From an uncultured Chloroflexia bacterium (GTDB lineage: Bacteria; Chloroflexota; Anaerolineae; CG2-30-64-16): 64,000 nt of DNA. Location of the stretch: positions 1,472,001 to 1,536,000 of the forward strand of contig CAWEMM010000006.1 of the NCBI GenBank assembly GCA_963810095.1, in the 5' to 3' direction. The position numbers and the translations under genes were made by a program. Under the pieces are notes generated by a model. The model did not search any database and was not told where the DNA came from. It worked only from the letters and a program-made list of their open reading frames with translations. Shown here piece after piece: positions 22,652 to 31,089 of this stretch. Position 1 is the stretch's first letter, and each line of letters starts with the position of its first letter.

Positions 22652-24115
22652 CCCGCCGACCCCGACCAGGTATTTATTGCCCCCGGCAAACCGGTCTGCC
22701 ATCCATACCAGCGCCAGCCCCATTGCGGCCGATGCCGCACAGGTTTTCAGCACTGTCTCGCGGAGCCCGCCCCAATCCAGCCCACCGATGAGCTTGGAGA
22801 GCAGGACGAAGAGCAGCGTCATCTCGATCATGATCGCGATGGTGTTGGCCAGCGCGAGCCCGCCGTGCAGCAGCCACCCGCGGAGCAGCACGCTCAGCAC
22901 GACGTTGAGCGCCATGGTGCTGATGCCGACGATGACGGGTGTGCGGGTGTTGTGCAGCGCGTAGAAGGCCCGCGCAAGGATTTCGACGGCCGAGTGGCCG
23001 ATGAGGCCGATGCTGTAGAAGGTCAGGGCATACGTGGTCAAGGCGGTCGACTGCGGCGTGAACTGGCCGCGCTCGAGCAGCATCCGGACGAGCGGTGCGC
23101 CCCACGCCAGGAGCGCCACTGCCGCGGGGATCGCGAGAAAGAGGATGCCGCGCAGCGTGCTGGTGATCGTCCGGCGCAGCTCGTCGCGGCGCCCTTGCGC
23201 CTGCAGTGCGGCGAAGGTGGGAAAGGCCGCGGTTGCGACGCCTTGGGCCACGATGCCTTGCGGCAGCAGCATGATCAGCCATGCGTAGTTCAGCGCCGCG
23301 ATGCTGCCGGTGGCGAGGGACGACGCCAGGAGCGTGTTGACCCAGAAGTTGACCTGCACCGCGGCCAGGCCGATGACCCGGGGGCCCATCAGCCGTGCGA
23401 CCTCCCGCACCTTTGGGTCGTAAAGGCCAAGCGTCGCCTTGTACTTCGCCCCATACCACCACAACCCCAGCAGCTGCACGTCCAGATGCAGGGCTGCGCC
23501 CACCACCACGCCGAGAACCAGGCCGAACACGCCGAGCGTGGGTGCGAGGAACCAGGCGCCCGCGATGATCGAGAGGTTGTATAATACCGGCGCGAGCGCG
23601 GGCAGCAGGAAGTGCTGGAAGCTGTTCAGCACGCCCATCACGATCCCGCTGACGCCGAAGATGACCGTGCTGATCAGCATCCAGCGCACGAGCTCGACGG
23701 TCAGCGCCTGTTGGGCGAGTGAGAAGCCGGGGGCCAGGACGTTGTGGACCAGCCACGGCGCGGCTATGGCCATGGCGGCTGCGAGGGCGGTCAACACGAT
23801 GAGCACCAGGTTGGTCACGGCGCTGAAGAGGCGCCAGCCGCCGGTGAGATCGCGCCGAGTCAGGCAGCCGGTGAAGACGGGGATAAACGCAGAGCCAAGT
23901 GCGCCACCTGCGACCAATTGAAACAGCAGGTCGGGCACCCGGAAGGCGGCCTGGTAGGCGTCCAGTTCCGCGCTCGTCCCGAAGCGAGCGCCGATAATCA
24001 TCTCGCGTGCCAGCCCAAGCACGCGGCTGATCATAAATAGTGCCACGACGAGGACTGCCGCGCGGGCAATCTGGCGGGTCGAGCCGGATACGGCGGCCGC
24101 GGTGCGTGCTGTCAT
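22538..24115 (-). CDS. murJ: Lipid II flippase MurJ/MviN
   Basis: SRVLGLARE, AAFRVPDL, GALGSAFIPVF, LPQG and RAFYALHNTRTPV. Confidence 0.93.
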   Translation of the reverse strand: MTARTAAAVSGSTRQIARAAVLVVALFMISRVLGLAREMIIGARFGTSAELDAYQAAFRVPDLLFQLVAGGALGSAFIPVFTGCLTRRDLTGGWRLFSAVTNLVLIVLTALAAAMAIAAPWLVHNVLAPGFSLAQQALTVELVRWMLISTVIFGVSGIVMGVLNSFQHFLLPALAPVLYNLSIIAGAWFLAPTLGVFGLVLGVVVGAALHLDVQLLGLWWYGAKYKATLGLYDPKVREVARLMGPRVIGLAAVQVNFWVNTLLASSLATGSIAALNYAWLIMLLPQGIVAQGVATAAFPTFAALQAQGRRDELRRTITSTLRGILFLAIPAAVALLAWGAPLVRMLLERGQFTPQSTALTTYALTFYSIGLIGHSAVEILARAFYALHNTRTPVIVGISTMALNVVLSVLLRGWLLHGGLALANTIAIMIEMTLLFVLLSKLIGGLDWGGLRETVLKTCAASAAMGLALVWMADRFAGGNKYLVGVGGLMIGGLVFLLVAVVLRTPEIATLRRLLPRRPMKAPGA

Positions 24116-24201
24116 GGCGGCGATTATAACACCGACCCCAGTTTCTCTTTGATTGCGGTCCGGGCTGACCTGTGACCGCAGCCGGCGACAAGGGAGTAGC
24201 A

Positions 24202-24738
24202 ATGGGACGCGAAGATCAAGGCGTCGCAGCCAGCCGCAGCCGCTACCAGGTGGTGCCCCGCACGCTGTGCTTCGTCCGCTACCAGGACGCCACGGGTGGG
24301 CCGGGGGAGGTCCTTCTATTGAAGGGTGCGCCGCACAAGCGGATCTGGGCCAATCGCTATAACGGGCTGGGGGGCCATGTGGAGCGTGGGGAGGACATGC
24401 TGACCGCGACGCTGCGCGAGGTGCGGGAGGAGGCGGGGCTGGAAGTGCACGCCGCCCGCCTGGTCGGGGTGGTGCACGCGGACGGCGGCGACCCTCAGCT
24501 GGGCATCCTATTTTTCATCTTTACGGCCTGGTCGGAAACGAGGGAGGTGGTCTCCTCACCCGAGGGTGCGTTGGAGTGGCACAGGGCGGATGCGCTGCCG
24601 GCCGCCGAGATGGCGCCCGACCTTCCGGTAATCCTCCCCCGCCTGCTGGCGCTGCCGGCCGGCGCGCCGCCCTTGTTCCTGTCGTACACGTATGACGAGC
24701 ATGACCAGCTCGTGATCCGGTTTGCGGAAGAGCCGTAG
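24202..24738 (+). CDS. NUDIX hydrolase
   Basis: Nudix box GGHVERGEDMLTATLREVREEAGL. Confidence 0.9.
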   Translation: MGREDQGVAASRSRYQVVPRTLCFVRYQDATGGPGEVLLLKGAPHKRIWANRYNGLGGHVERGEDMLTATLREVREEAGLEVHAARLVGVVHADGGDPQLGILFFIFTAWSETREVVSSPEGALEWHRADALPAAEMAPDLPVILPRLLALPAGAPPLFLSYTYDEHDQLVIRFAEEP

Positions 24739-24760
24739 TCCCTGGCATCGGGGTGGATTG

Positions 24761-25036
24761 GTTTTCCCTTGTTGGGGGCAGGCTTGCCCCAACGCCCGGC
24801 TCGCGGCGTCAGTTTTCCTTTGTTGGGGGCAGGCTTGCCCTCAACGCCCGGCTCGCGGTGCTGGTTTTCTTTTGTTGGGGGCAGGCTTGCCCCAACGCCC
24901 GGCTCGCGGTGCCGGTTTTCTTTTGTTGGGGGCAGGCTTGCCCTCAACGCCCGGCTCGCGGTGCGGTTTCTTTTGTTGGGGGCAGGCTTGCCCCCAACGC
25001 CCCCGCTTCAGGGGCTTCGCCCCCGAAACCCCCAAA
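24761..25036. repeat. Tandem array of five ~51-bp palindromic units
   Basis: Unit GTTTTCTTTTGTTGGGGGCAGGCTTGCCC(C/TC)AACGCCCGGCTCGCGGTG; the fifth unit ends in GGGGCTTCGCCCC. Confidence 0.92.
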
Positions 25037-25209
25037 GGCATTCGCTATGTGTGACCTCCGCCCACCAACGCCTGCCGTTCTCCCCCGGCATGGGACTGAC
25101 AGTCACAGCCTTCCTAAAACCTCTATTCCGTGCGGCGCGAGGCATTAGTGTCCGTGGGGCATGGAGACCTGGGCTGATGCCGCCGACATGTTCGACGGGA
25201 GCGTAGCAA

Positions 25210-25260
25210 TTGGGGGTCAAGGGGGTGAAACCCCCTGGCGGGGGCAAGCTTGCCCCCGCC
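25210..25260. repeat. Inverted copy of the same REP-like element
   Basis: TTGGGGGTCAAGGGGGTGAAACCCCCTGGCGGGGGCAAGCTTGCCCCCGCC is an imperfect reverse complement of 24976-25036. Confidence 0.7.
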
Positions 25261-25272
25261 AGAAGAACTCAC

Positions 25273-26070
25273 CTAGAACTTCGCGATCGACAGCAGCTCG
25301 CTCAGCGCCATGTTGACCTCGTGCGGGTTCTCCATGGGGCTCATGTGCCCCGCGTGCATGATCAGCACCGATCGCGCCTCCGGGATTTGCTTCGCCATGG
25401 TCACCGCGATTTCCGGCGGCGTGATGACGTCGTGCTCGCCGGCCACGACGATCGCGGGGGCCGTGATCCCCGCTAACGTGGCGGTCTCGTCCGCTCGCTC
25501 GCGCATCGCAGCCAGGGCTGCAATCATGCCTGCGGCCGGTTGGCGCAGCATGATCTCGCGCACCGCGCCCACCAGGCGCTCCGCGGCCAGGTTCTCCGGC
25601 GTGAGCATGCGCGGCAGCATTTCCTCGGCAAGCACTTGGACCCCGCGCTCGCGCACCCGCTCGATGGTCGCGGTCCGGCCGTCGCGTACCTCAGGCGTAT
25701 CCGCACTCGCCCGCGTGTCAACCAGCGCCAACCCTGCCACCCGCTCGGGGTGCCTGCGCCAGAAGGCCAGCGTCACATAACCACCCATGCTTAGCCCGGC
25801 GACGACGGCCTTGCGCACGCCCAGGGTGTCCAACAGCTCGGCCAGGTCGTCGGCGTGCTGTTCCATGGAGTAGGGCGGGGGCGGAACGTCGGACCGGCCA
25901 TGTCCACGCAGGTCAGGCGCGATGACGCGCGCCCTGTCCGCCAATCCTTCAAGTTGAGCGTCCCACATGCCGCTGTCCAGCGGAAACCCGTGTACGAGCA
26001 AGAGCGCCGGCCGGTTCTCCTGGCCGTTGGCCTGATAAGCCACCCGTACGCCGCCGATCACTGCCTCCAT
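25273..26070 (-). CDS. Alpha/beta-fold hydrolase (PcaD-like)
   Basis: LVHGFP, DLRGHGRS, GLSMGG nucleophile, GEHD and GHMS. Confidence 0.92.
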   Translation of the reverse strand: MEAVIGGVRVAYQANGQENRPALLLVHGFPLDSGMWDAQLEGLADRARVIAPDLRGHGRSDVPPPPYSMEQHADDLAELLDTLGVRKAVVAGLSMGGYVTLAFWRRHPERVAGLALVDTRASADTPEVRDGRTATIERVRERGVQVLAEEMLPRMLTPENLAAERLVGAVREIMLRQPAAGMIAALAAMRERADETATLAGITAPAIVVAGEHDVITPPEIAVTMAKQIPEARSVLIMHAGHMSPMENPHEVNMALSELLSIAKF

Positions 26071-26466
26071 TGTCCCCTCCCTTGAGCGTGTGACACCTGG
26101 GACGAGTATATCACGCTCCGCACCGGCCTGGCGCGTGGTCGCGCTCGCTATCATCGTAACATTCTAAGAATTCTCAAAGACACAAAAGATGAGGAGGGGT
26201 GCTATAGTGTCGCGCGGGAGTGTGGAATTGCAACGCTTCTTGTCAGGAGCATTGGCGCAGAGAATGAACGCTCAGGGGAGAAACTGGTGCGTGAAACGTG
26301 TCTGAAAGAACGTTAACTTTTTTGGGTGACAAACTTCATGGCGCTTTCATCATCGACCGTTATGCTCTGCGCAACCTTACGTTGTTATTGACGTAGTGAA
26401 GTTTGGAACCAGGCCAGGCGGGCCATCGTCTACGGATCATTAGCAGAAGCATTGAAGGAGCCGACC

Positions 26467-26610
26467 ATGGACATCCCACTGTTGATTGCAATTCTGGCGT
26501 TGCTGACCTGGACCCTACTCCCCCAACTGGACCGCTATGCAGACGCGGAATACACGGTCGAGGGCAAGCCTTCGCGGCTCCAGCGCCTGGCGCGGTGGAT
26601 CAACAACTGA
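26467..26610 (+). CDS. Small (47 aa) single-TM protein, absent from the ORF track
   Basis: RBS GAAGGAG 6 nt before ATG; MDIPLLIAILALLTWTLLPQLDRYADAEYTVEGKPSRLQRLARWINN; followed by a terminator. Confidence 0.65.
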   Translation: MDIPLLIAILALLTWTLLPQLDRYADAEYTVEGKPSRLQRLARWINN

Positions 26611-26672
26611 ACGAGTCCGGGTGGGCTGCCTCGGGGCATCCGACCCGCAGCTAAATTGAAGCCTGTATGAGG

Positions 26673-26700
26673 GAGGGGACGGCGCGCCGTCCCCTCTTTT
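26673..26700 (+). terminator. Intrinsic terminator
   Basis: GAGGGGACGGC-GC-GCCGTCCCCTC-TTTT. Confidence 0.8.
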
Positions 26701-26832
26701 CGTTGTCAAAGCTGCGCGGCGTCATTGCCGCCCTCCTGCTACGGTCGTATCGTGAGAGCACACTCGCGGCCCAGATGGTCCGGTGTCGATCCCCCCATCT
26801 GCGTCCTATTCGTTTCTCAAAGTGGAGAATCT

Positions 26833-28031
26833 ATGCGTGAATTCATCGACGGCGCCACCGCCATCGCGCGGGGCGCCCTGGATGCCGGCGTAACTTTCTT
26901 CGCCGGCTATCCTATCTCCCCCGCCACACCCATCCTGCTTCACATGGTCCGCGAACTGCCCAAGGTGGGCGGCGTCGCCATCCAGGGCGAAGACGAAATC
27001 GCCTCCATCAGCATGTGCGTTGCCGCCGCGATGACCGGCGCCCGCGCCTTGACCGCTACGTCTGGCCCCGGCCTGTCGCTTTACAGCGAGACCATCGGAC
27101 TGTCGATCATGGGCGAGGTCCCGCTCGTCATCGTGGACGTGCAGCGGATGGGGCCGGCCACGGGCGGCGCGACGACGCCTGGCCAGGGCGACGTGCAGTT
27201 CGCCCGCTGGGGCAACTCGGGCGGCTATCCGATCGTTGCGCTGGCCCCCGGCAGCGTGTACGAGTGCTACAGCCTGACCCGCACCGCTTTCGACCTGGCC
27301 GAGCGGTTCCGCTGCCCCGTGTTCATACTGACCGACAAGGAACTGTTCCAGGCGTTGACGACGGTCGACGTGGACGGCTACGAGGCGCCGGCGGTGCGCG
27401 AGCGGGTAATTGCAGGCGTGCTTGCTGGGGGCACATCCGGCCTGCGCTCTGAAGAAACGTACATCCCCTACAGGATCGCATCCCCCGACGCCGTTCCCGA
27501 ATACGCACCCATAGGCGGCCCACACATCGTCCGCTTCACCGGTTCGACGCACGACGAGCACGGTTTCTTGACCAAGGACCCGGCGAAGGTCGGCAGGCTG
27601 AACGAGCACCTGCGTCGCAAGATCGACGATCACGCGGCCGAGCTTGACATGGCACGAGCTGCGCCGGTGGGCGGCGCGACGACCGCCTTCATTTCCTACG
27701 GGGTGACCACCGCCGCGATGGATGAGGCGCGCGAGCCGCGCGCACCGCCGGAACGCCCGTCTCCACCCTAGCGGTGCAGAGCCTGTGGCCGGTGCCCGAG
27801 CGGTCGATCGTCGACATCGTTCAACCCATGGGCGCCCAGGTCCCCGTCCGCCGGGTCGTCGTGGCCGAGATGAACACCGGCGACTTCCGTCGAGAGGTGG
27901 AGCGGGTGGTCTACCGCTGGGCCGCGACCGAGCGTGTCGTGCCGCCCGAGATCGTGGGGATCAACCGCATCGACGGGGAGCTGATTACCCCGGCTCAGTT
28001 CCTGGACCAGGTCTTGGGAGGGACGCGATGA
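26833..28031 (+). CDS. 2-oxoacid:acceptor oxidoreductase alpha subunit; apparent frameshift(s) near 27730-27770
   Basis: FFAGYPISPAT, EDEIAS, TATSGPG, VQRMGPATG and VVAEMN. Confidence 0.9.
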
Positions 28032-29359
28032 TCCACACCCACCTGCCGCTGCACACCTATCGCAACGAGCGCGATTATCCCTTCTGCCCCGGCTGTGGGC
28101 ATTCGCTCATTCTCAACCACCTGAACGCCGCGTTCGTCAAGCTGGGCCTCGACCCACATCGCATTGCGCTGGTGACCGACATCGGCTGCCAGGGGTTGGG
28201 CGACCAATACTTCGCGGTCAACGCGTTCCACGGCCTCCACGGGCGCAGCCTCGCGTACGCCACGGGCATCAAGCTCGCCGACCCGGACCTGAAGGTCTTC
28301 GTGTTGATTGGCGACGGCGGCACCGGGATCGGCGGCGCGCACCTGCTTAATGCGGCCCGGCGCAACGTGGGCATGACGGTGCTGGTGATGAACAATTTCA
28401 ACTTCGGCATGACCGGCGGCGAGCACAGCGTGACCACCCCGCCGGGCGGCGTCACCGTGACGACGCGCCAAGGCAACCTGGAGCGGCCGCTGGACATCTG
28501 TAGCACGGTCGCGGTCAACGGCGCTGGCTACGTTTGGCGGGGGACGGCATTCGATCGGGAGCTGCCCGACGTGATCGTCGAGGCTGCGCAGAGCGAGTGC
28601 TTCGCCCTGCTCGACATTTGGGAGCTGTGCACCGCCTACTACGTTCCTAATAACGATTTCTCGCGTAAGTCGCTGCTGGAGATGCGGGAAGGGCTGGGGA
28701 TGAGCGCCGGGCTGCTGCACCGGGAGGACCGGCCGGAGTACGCCCGGGCGGTCCGTGCAGCCGGCGAAAGCCTGCGCGGCAAACCCGTTCTGCCGGCCAA
28801 TGCCCTGCCCACGCTGTTTGCGGCCCAACTCGACAGGGAGTTTCGGCTGGTGGTAGCGGGGTCGGCCGGGGGCAAGGTGCGTTCCGCCGCGCGTGTGGTC
28901 GGCGAGGCCGCGATTTTGTCTGGCCTGTGGGCTGCGCAGCAGGACGATTACCCGGTGACCGTTCAGACGGGCCACAGCATCAGCGAGCTCATCTTCAGCC
29001 CGCGGCCGATTCAGTTCACCGGCGTGACCCGGCCCGACGCCTTGATCCTGGCGACCGAAGACGGCCGGAGGGCCAGCGCCCGTTATCTGAAGGCGCTTAC
29101 GCCCGAAAGTTGGCTTTTCACCACGCCGGAGTTCGCCAACCTGGACACGCCGGCCCGCAAGGTGGTGCTGGATTTGGATGCGTTGGGGATCAAGGGGGGA
29201 AAGAAGAACCTGGCCTGGCTGTTGACTATCGCGGCGCTTGCGCACCTGGGCCTGTTCCCGCTCGCGGCATGCGAGGAAGCCGCCCGACGGGGTCAGCGGG
29301 CCGAGGTGGCGGAGGAGATGATCGCGGGGGCCCGCCACTTCGCGGTGCCGGGCAACTGA
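28028..29359 (+). CDS. 2-oxoacid oxidoreductase beta subunit fused to a gamma-type domain
   Basis: FCPGCG, DIGC, HGR and TPP motif GDG...NN.FGMTGG; then VAGSAGGKV...TGHSISE. Confidence 0.88.
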   Translation: MIHTHLPLHTYRNERDYPFCPGCGHSLILNHLNAAFVKLGLDPHRIALVTDIGCQGLGDQYFAVNAFHGLHGRSLAYATGIKLADPDLKVFVLIGDGGTGIGGAHLLNAARRNVGMTVLVMNNFNFGMTGGEHSVTTPPGGVTVTTRQGNLERPLDICSTVAVNGAGYVWRGTAFDRELPDVIVEAAQSECFALLDIWELCTAYYVPNNDFSRKSLLEMREGLGMSAGLLHREDRPEYARAVRAAGESLRGKPVLPANALPTLFAAQLDREFRLVVAGSAGGKVRSAARVVGEAAILSGLWAAQQDDYPVTVQTGHSISELIFSPRPIQFTGVTRPDALILATEDGRRASARYLKALTPESWLFTTPEFANLDTPARKVVLDLDALGIKGGKKNLAWLLTIAALAHLGLFPLAACEEAARRGQRAEVAEEMIAGARHFAVPGN

Positions 29360-29372
29360 GCGCCTGATGCCT

Positions 29373-29523
29373 AATGACTATTTGGCGGGGGCGCTCTTGC
29401 CCCCGCCGCCCCCGACCAAGGGCTACGCCCCTTGGAACCCCAAAAGCCACGCTGCGGGTACCGGTTCGCCCGGCTAAGTCACGGTATGGGCGGATGAGGC
29501 AGGGGCGGCAGGAGCCATCTGCG
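29373..29523. repeat. ~150-bp dispersed element, copy 1
   Basis: Aligns along its length with 63231-63379; hairpins GCGGGGGCGCTCTTGCCCCCGC and AAGGGCTACGCCCCTT. Confidence 0.85.
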
Positions 29524-29541
29524 TATTCATCGTGTTTGCGT

Positions 29542-31089
29542 CTACACCTCGGCGTCGTTCCATACCCCCTCGACAACCTCCACCTCTACCCCGAGGCTCG
29601 CGGCCAGCAGCCCGACGTTCCTGCGCGCATCCCACACCTCGATTTGCGCGTCGCCGTCGCACTGGGCCTCGATTTGCACCCAGCCCTGCGCCTTGTCAAA
29701 GTGGCACCGGACGTCGCGCACCGTCTGCCGGCGCCCGCGCTCCAGATACTCGCAGATTCTCAGCATCCCCGACAGGACGTCGAGCACGTGGTCGTCGCCG
29801 GCCTCCAGCAGCGACTCGCACTCGCGCGTCTTCGGCGTGCCGCGGTTCCGGTGATAGCGCGTCATCAACGCAATGAGCACCTTCTCTCGGGGGGTGTAGC
29901 CGGGCAGCAGGCTGTTCTGGACGATGTAACTGGAGTGGAGGTGATGGTTGCCGTAGCCGATTTCGACGCCGATGTCGTGCAGCATGGCGGCCGCCCACAG
30001 CAGCTCACGGCAGGCGGGATCCAGCCCATGGATCTCGGCCAGGTCATCGAAGAGGCGGAGCGCGAGGAACGCGACGTGGTGCGTATGGGCCGTGTCCTGG
30101 CCGAAGTTGCGCGCCAGGTTCAGTGCGCTGAATGCGCGCAGATCGTCGATCACGGGCCGGCCCTGCCCCGCCAGAAACTCGCTCGTAAAACAGGCCCTCG
30201 CGCAACCCCTGGCGGCTGACCGTGATCGCGTCAAAGCCGCTGTGCTCGAGCAGCAGGCTGTAGACCAGCGCGCCCGCATGGATGATGTCGGCCCGGTCCG
30301 GGTGCAGCCCGCCCAGCTTGGCGCGTTCCTCCGCAGTCAGGCGCCAAAGCCGGTCGCCCAATTCCTGCACGTCGCTGCCCGCCAGCACGTAATGGTCCAC
30401 CGAGTCCAGCGGGTAACCGTCCTCGCTCTGCGCCATGCTTGCCAGGTTGCGGATCGTGCCGCCGATGGCGACCAACTCCGCGCCGTCGCGCACCTTGAAC
30501 CAGTCGAACTGCTCGGCCAGCATGTCTCTGACCCGCTGCGTCAGCTTTCTGACCGCCCCCGGCTTCGCCGCGTCGAACCCCAGATACGTCTCCGCGACGT
30601 GGAGCGCGCCCAACTGGACACTCGCCGCCCGGCCCGGCGTCTTGTCCTGGACCTCCACCACCTGTACGCTGCCGCCGCCCATGTCGACCACGAAGCCGTT
30701 CGTCAGGCCGATCCCGTTGATCGCGCCGAGCGCGCCGTAATAGCCTTCTTCTTCGCCCGCAAGCAGCCGGAGTGAGATCCCGGCGTCGTTCTGGACGCGC
30801 GCAGAGGAACGAGTCGCGGTTTGTGGCGTCGCGCACCGCGCTCGGTGCCCACGGCGATCAAATCGTCGACACCCACTGCATCGCAGAGCACCCGGTACAT
30901 CTTGAGGGCGTGCAGCGACCGGTCGATGGCTGCGGCCCGCAGGACCTGCGTCGCGCCCATCCCCTCGCGCAGGCGGACGACCTCCCGTACTTCGTCCACG
31001 AGCCTGAAACGCATCCCGGGCTCGTGCTCGTAGATCACGAGGCGGCTGGTGTTCGAGCCCAGGTCAATGACGCCTGTCCGGTGGGTCAT
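29542..31089 (-). CDS. ppx: Ppx/GppA exopolyphosphatase with HD domain; apparent frameshifts near 30835, 30785 and 30185
   Basis: IDLGSNT, DMGGGS, GGTIR, RADII, GLREG and LHDIG. Confidence 0.9.

Noticed and set aside
24761-25036. CRISPR array
   Set aside because: The sequence between palindromes is near-identical (no unique spacers), the period is about 51 bp, and there are no cas genes in the window
24495-25247. Repetitive ORFs across the tandem array
   Set aside because: They are translations of the DNA repeat in several frames, with no RBS or protein-like content
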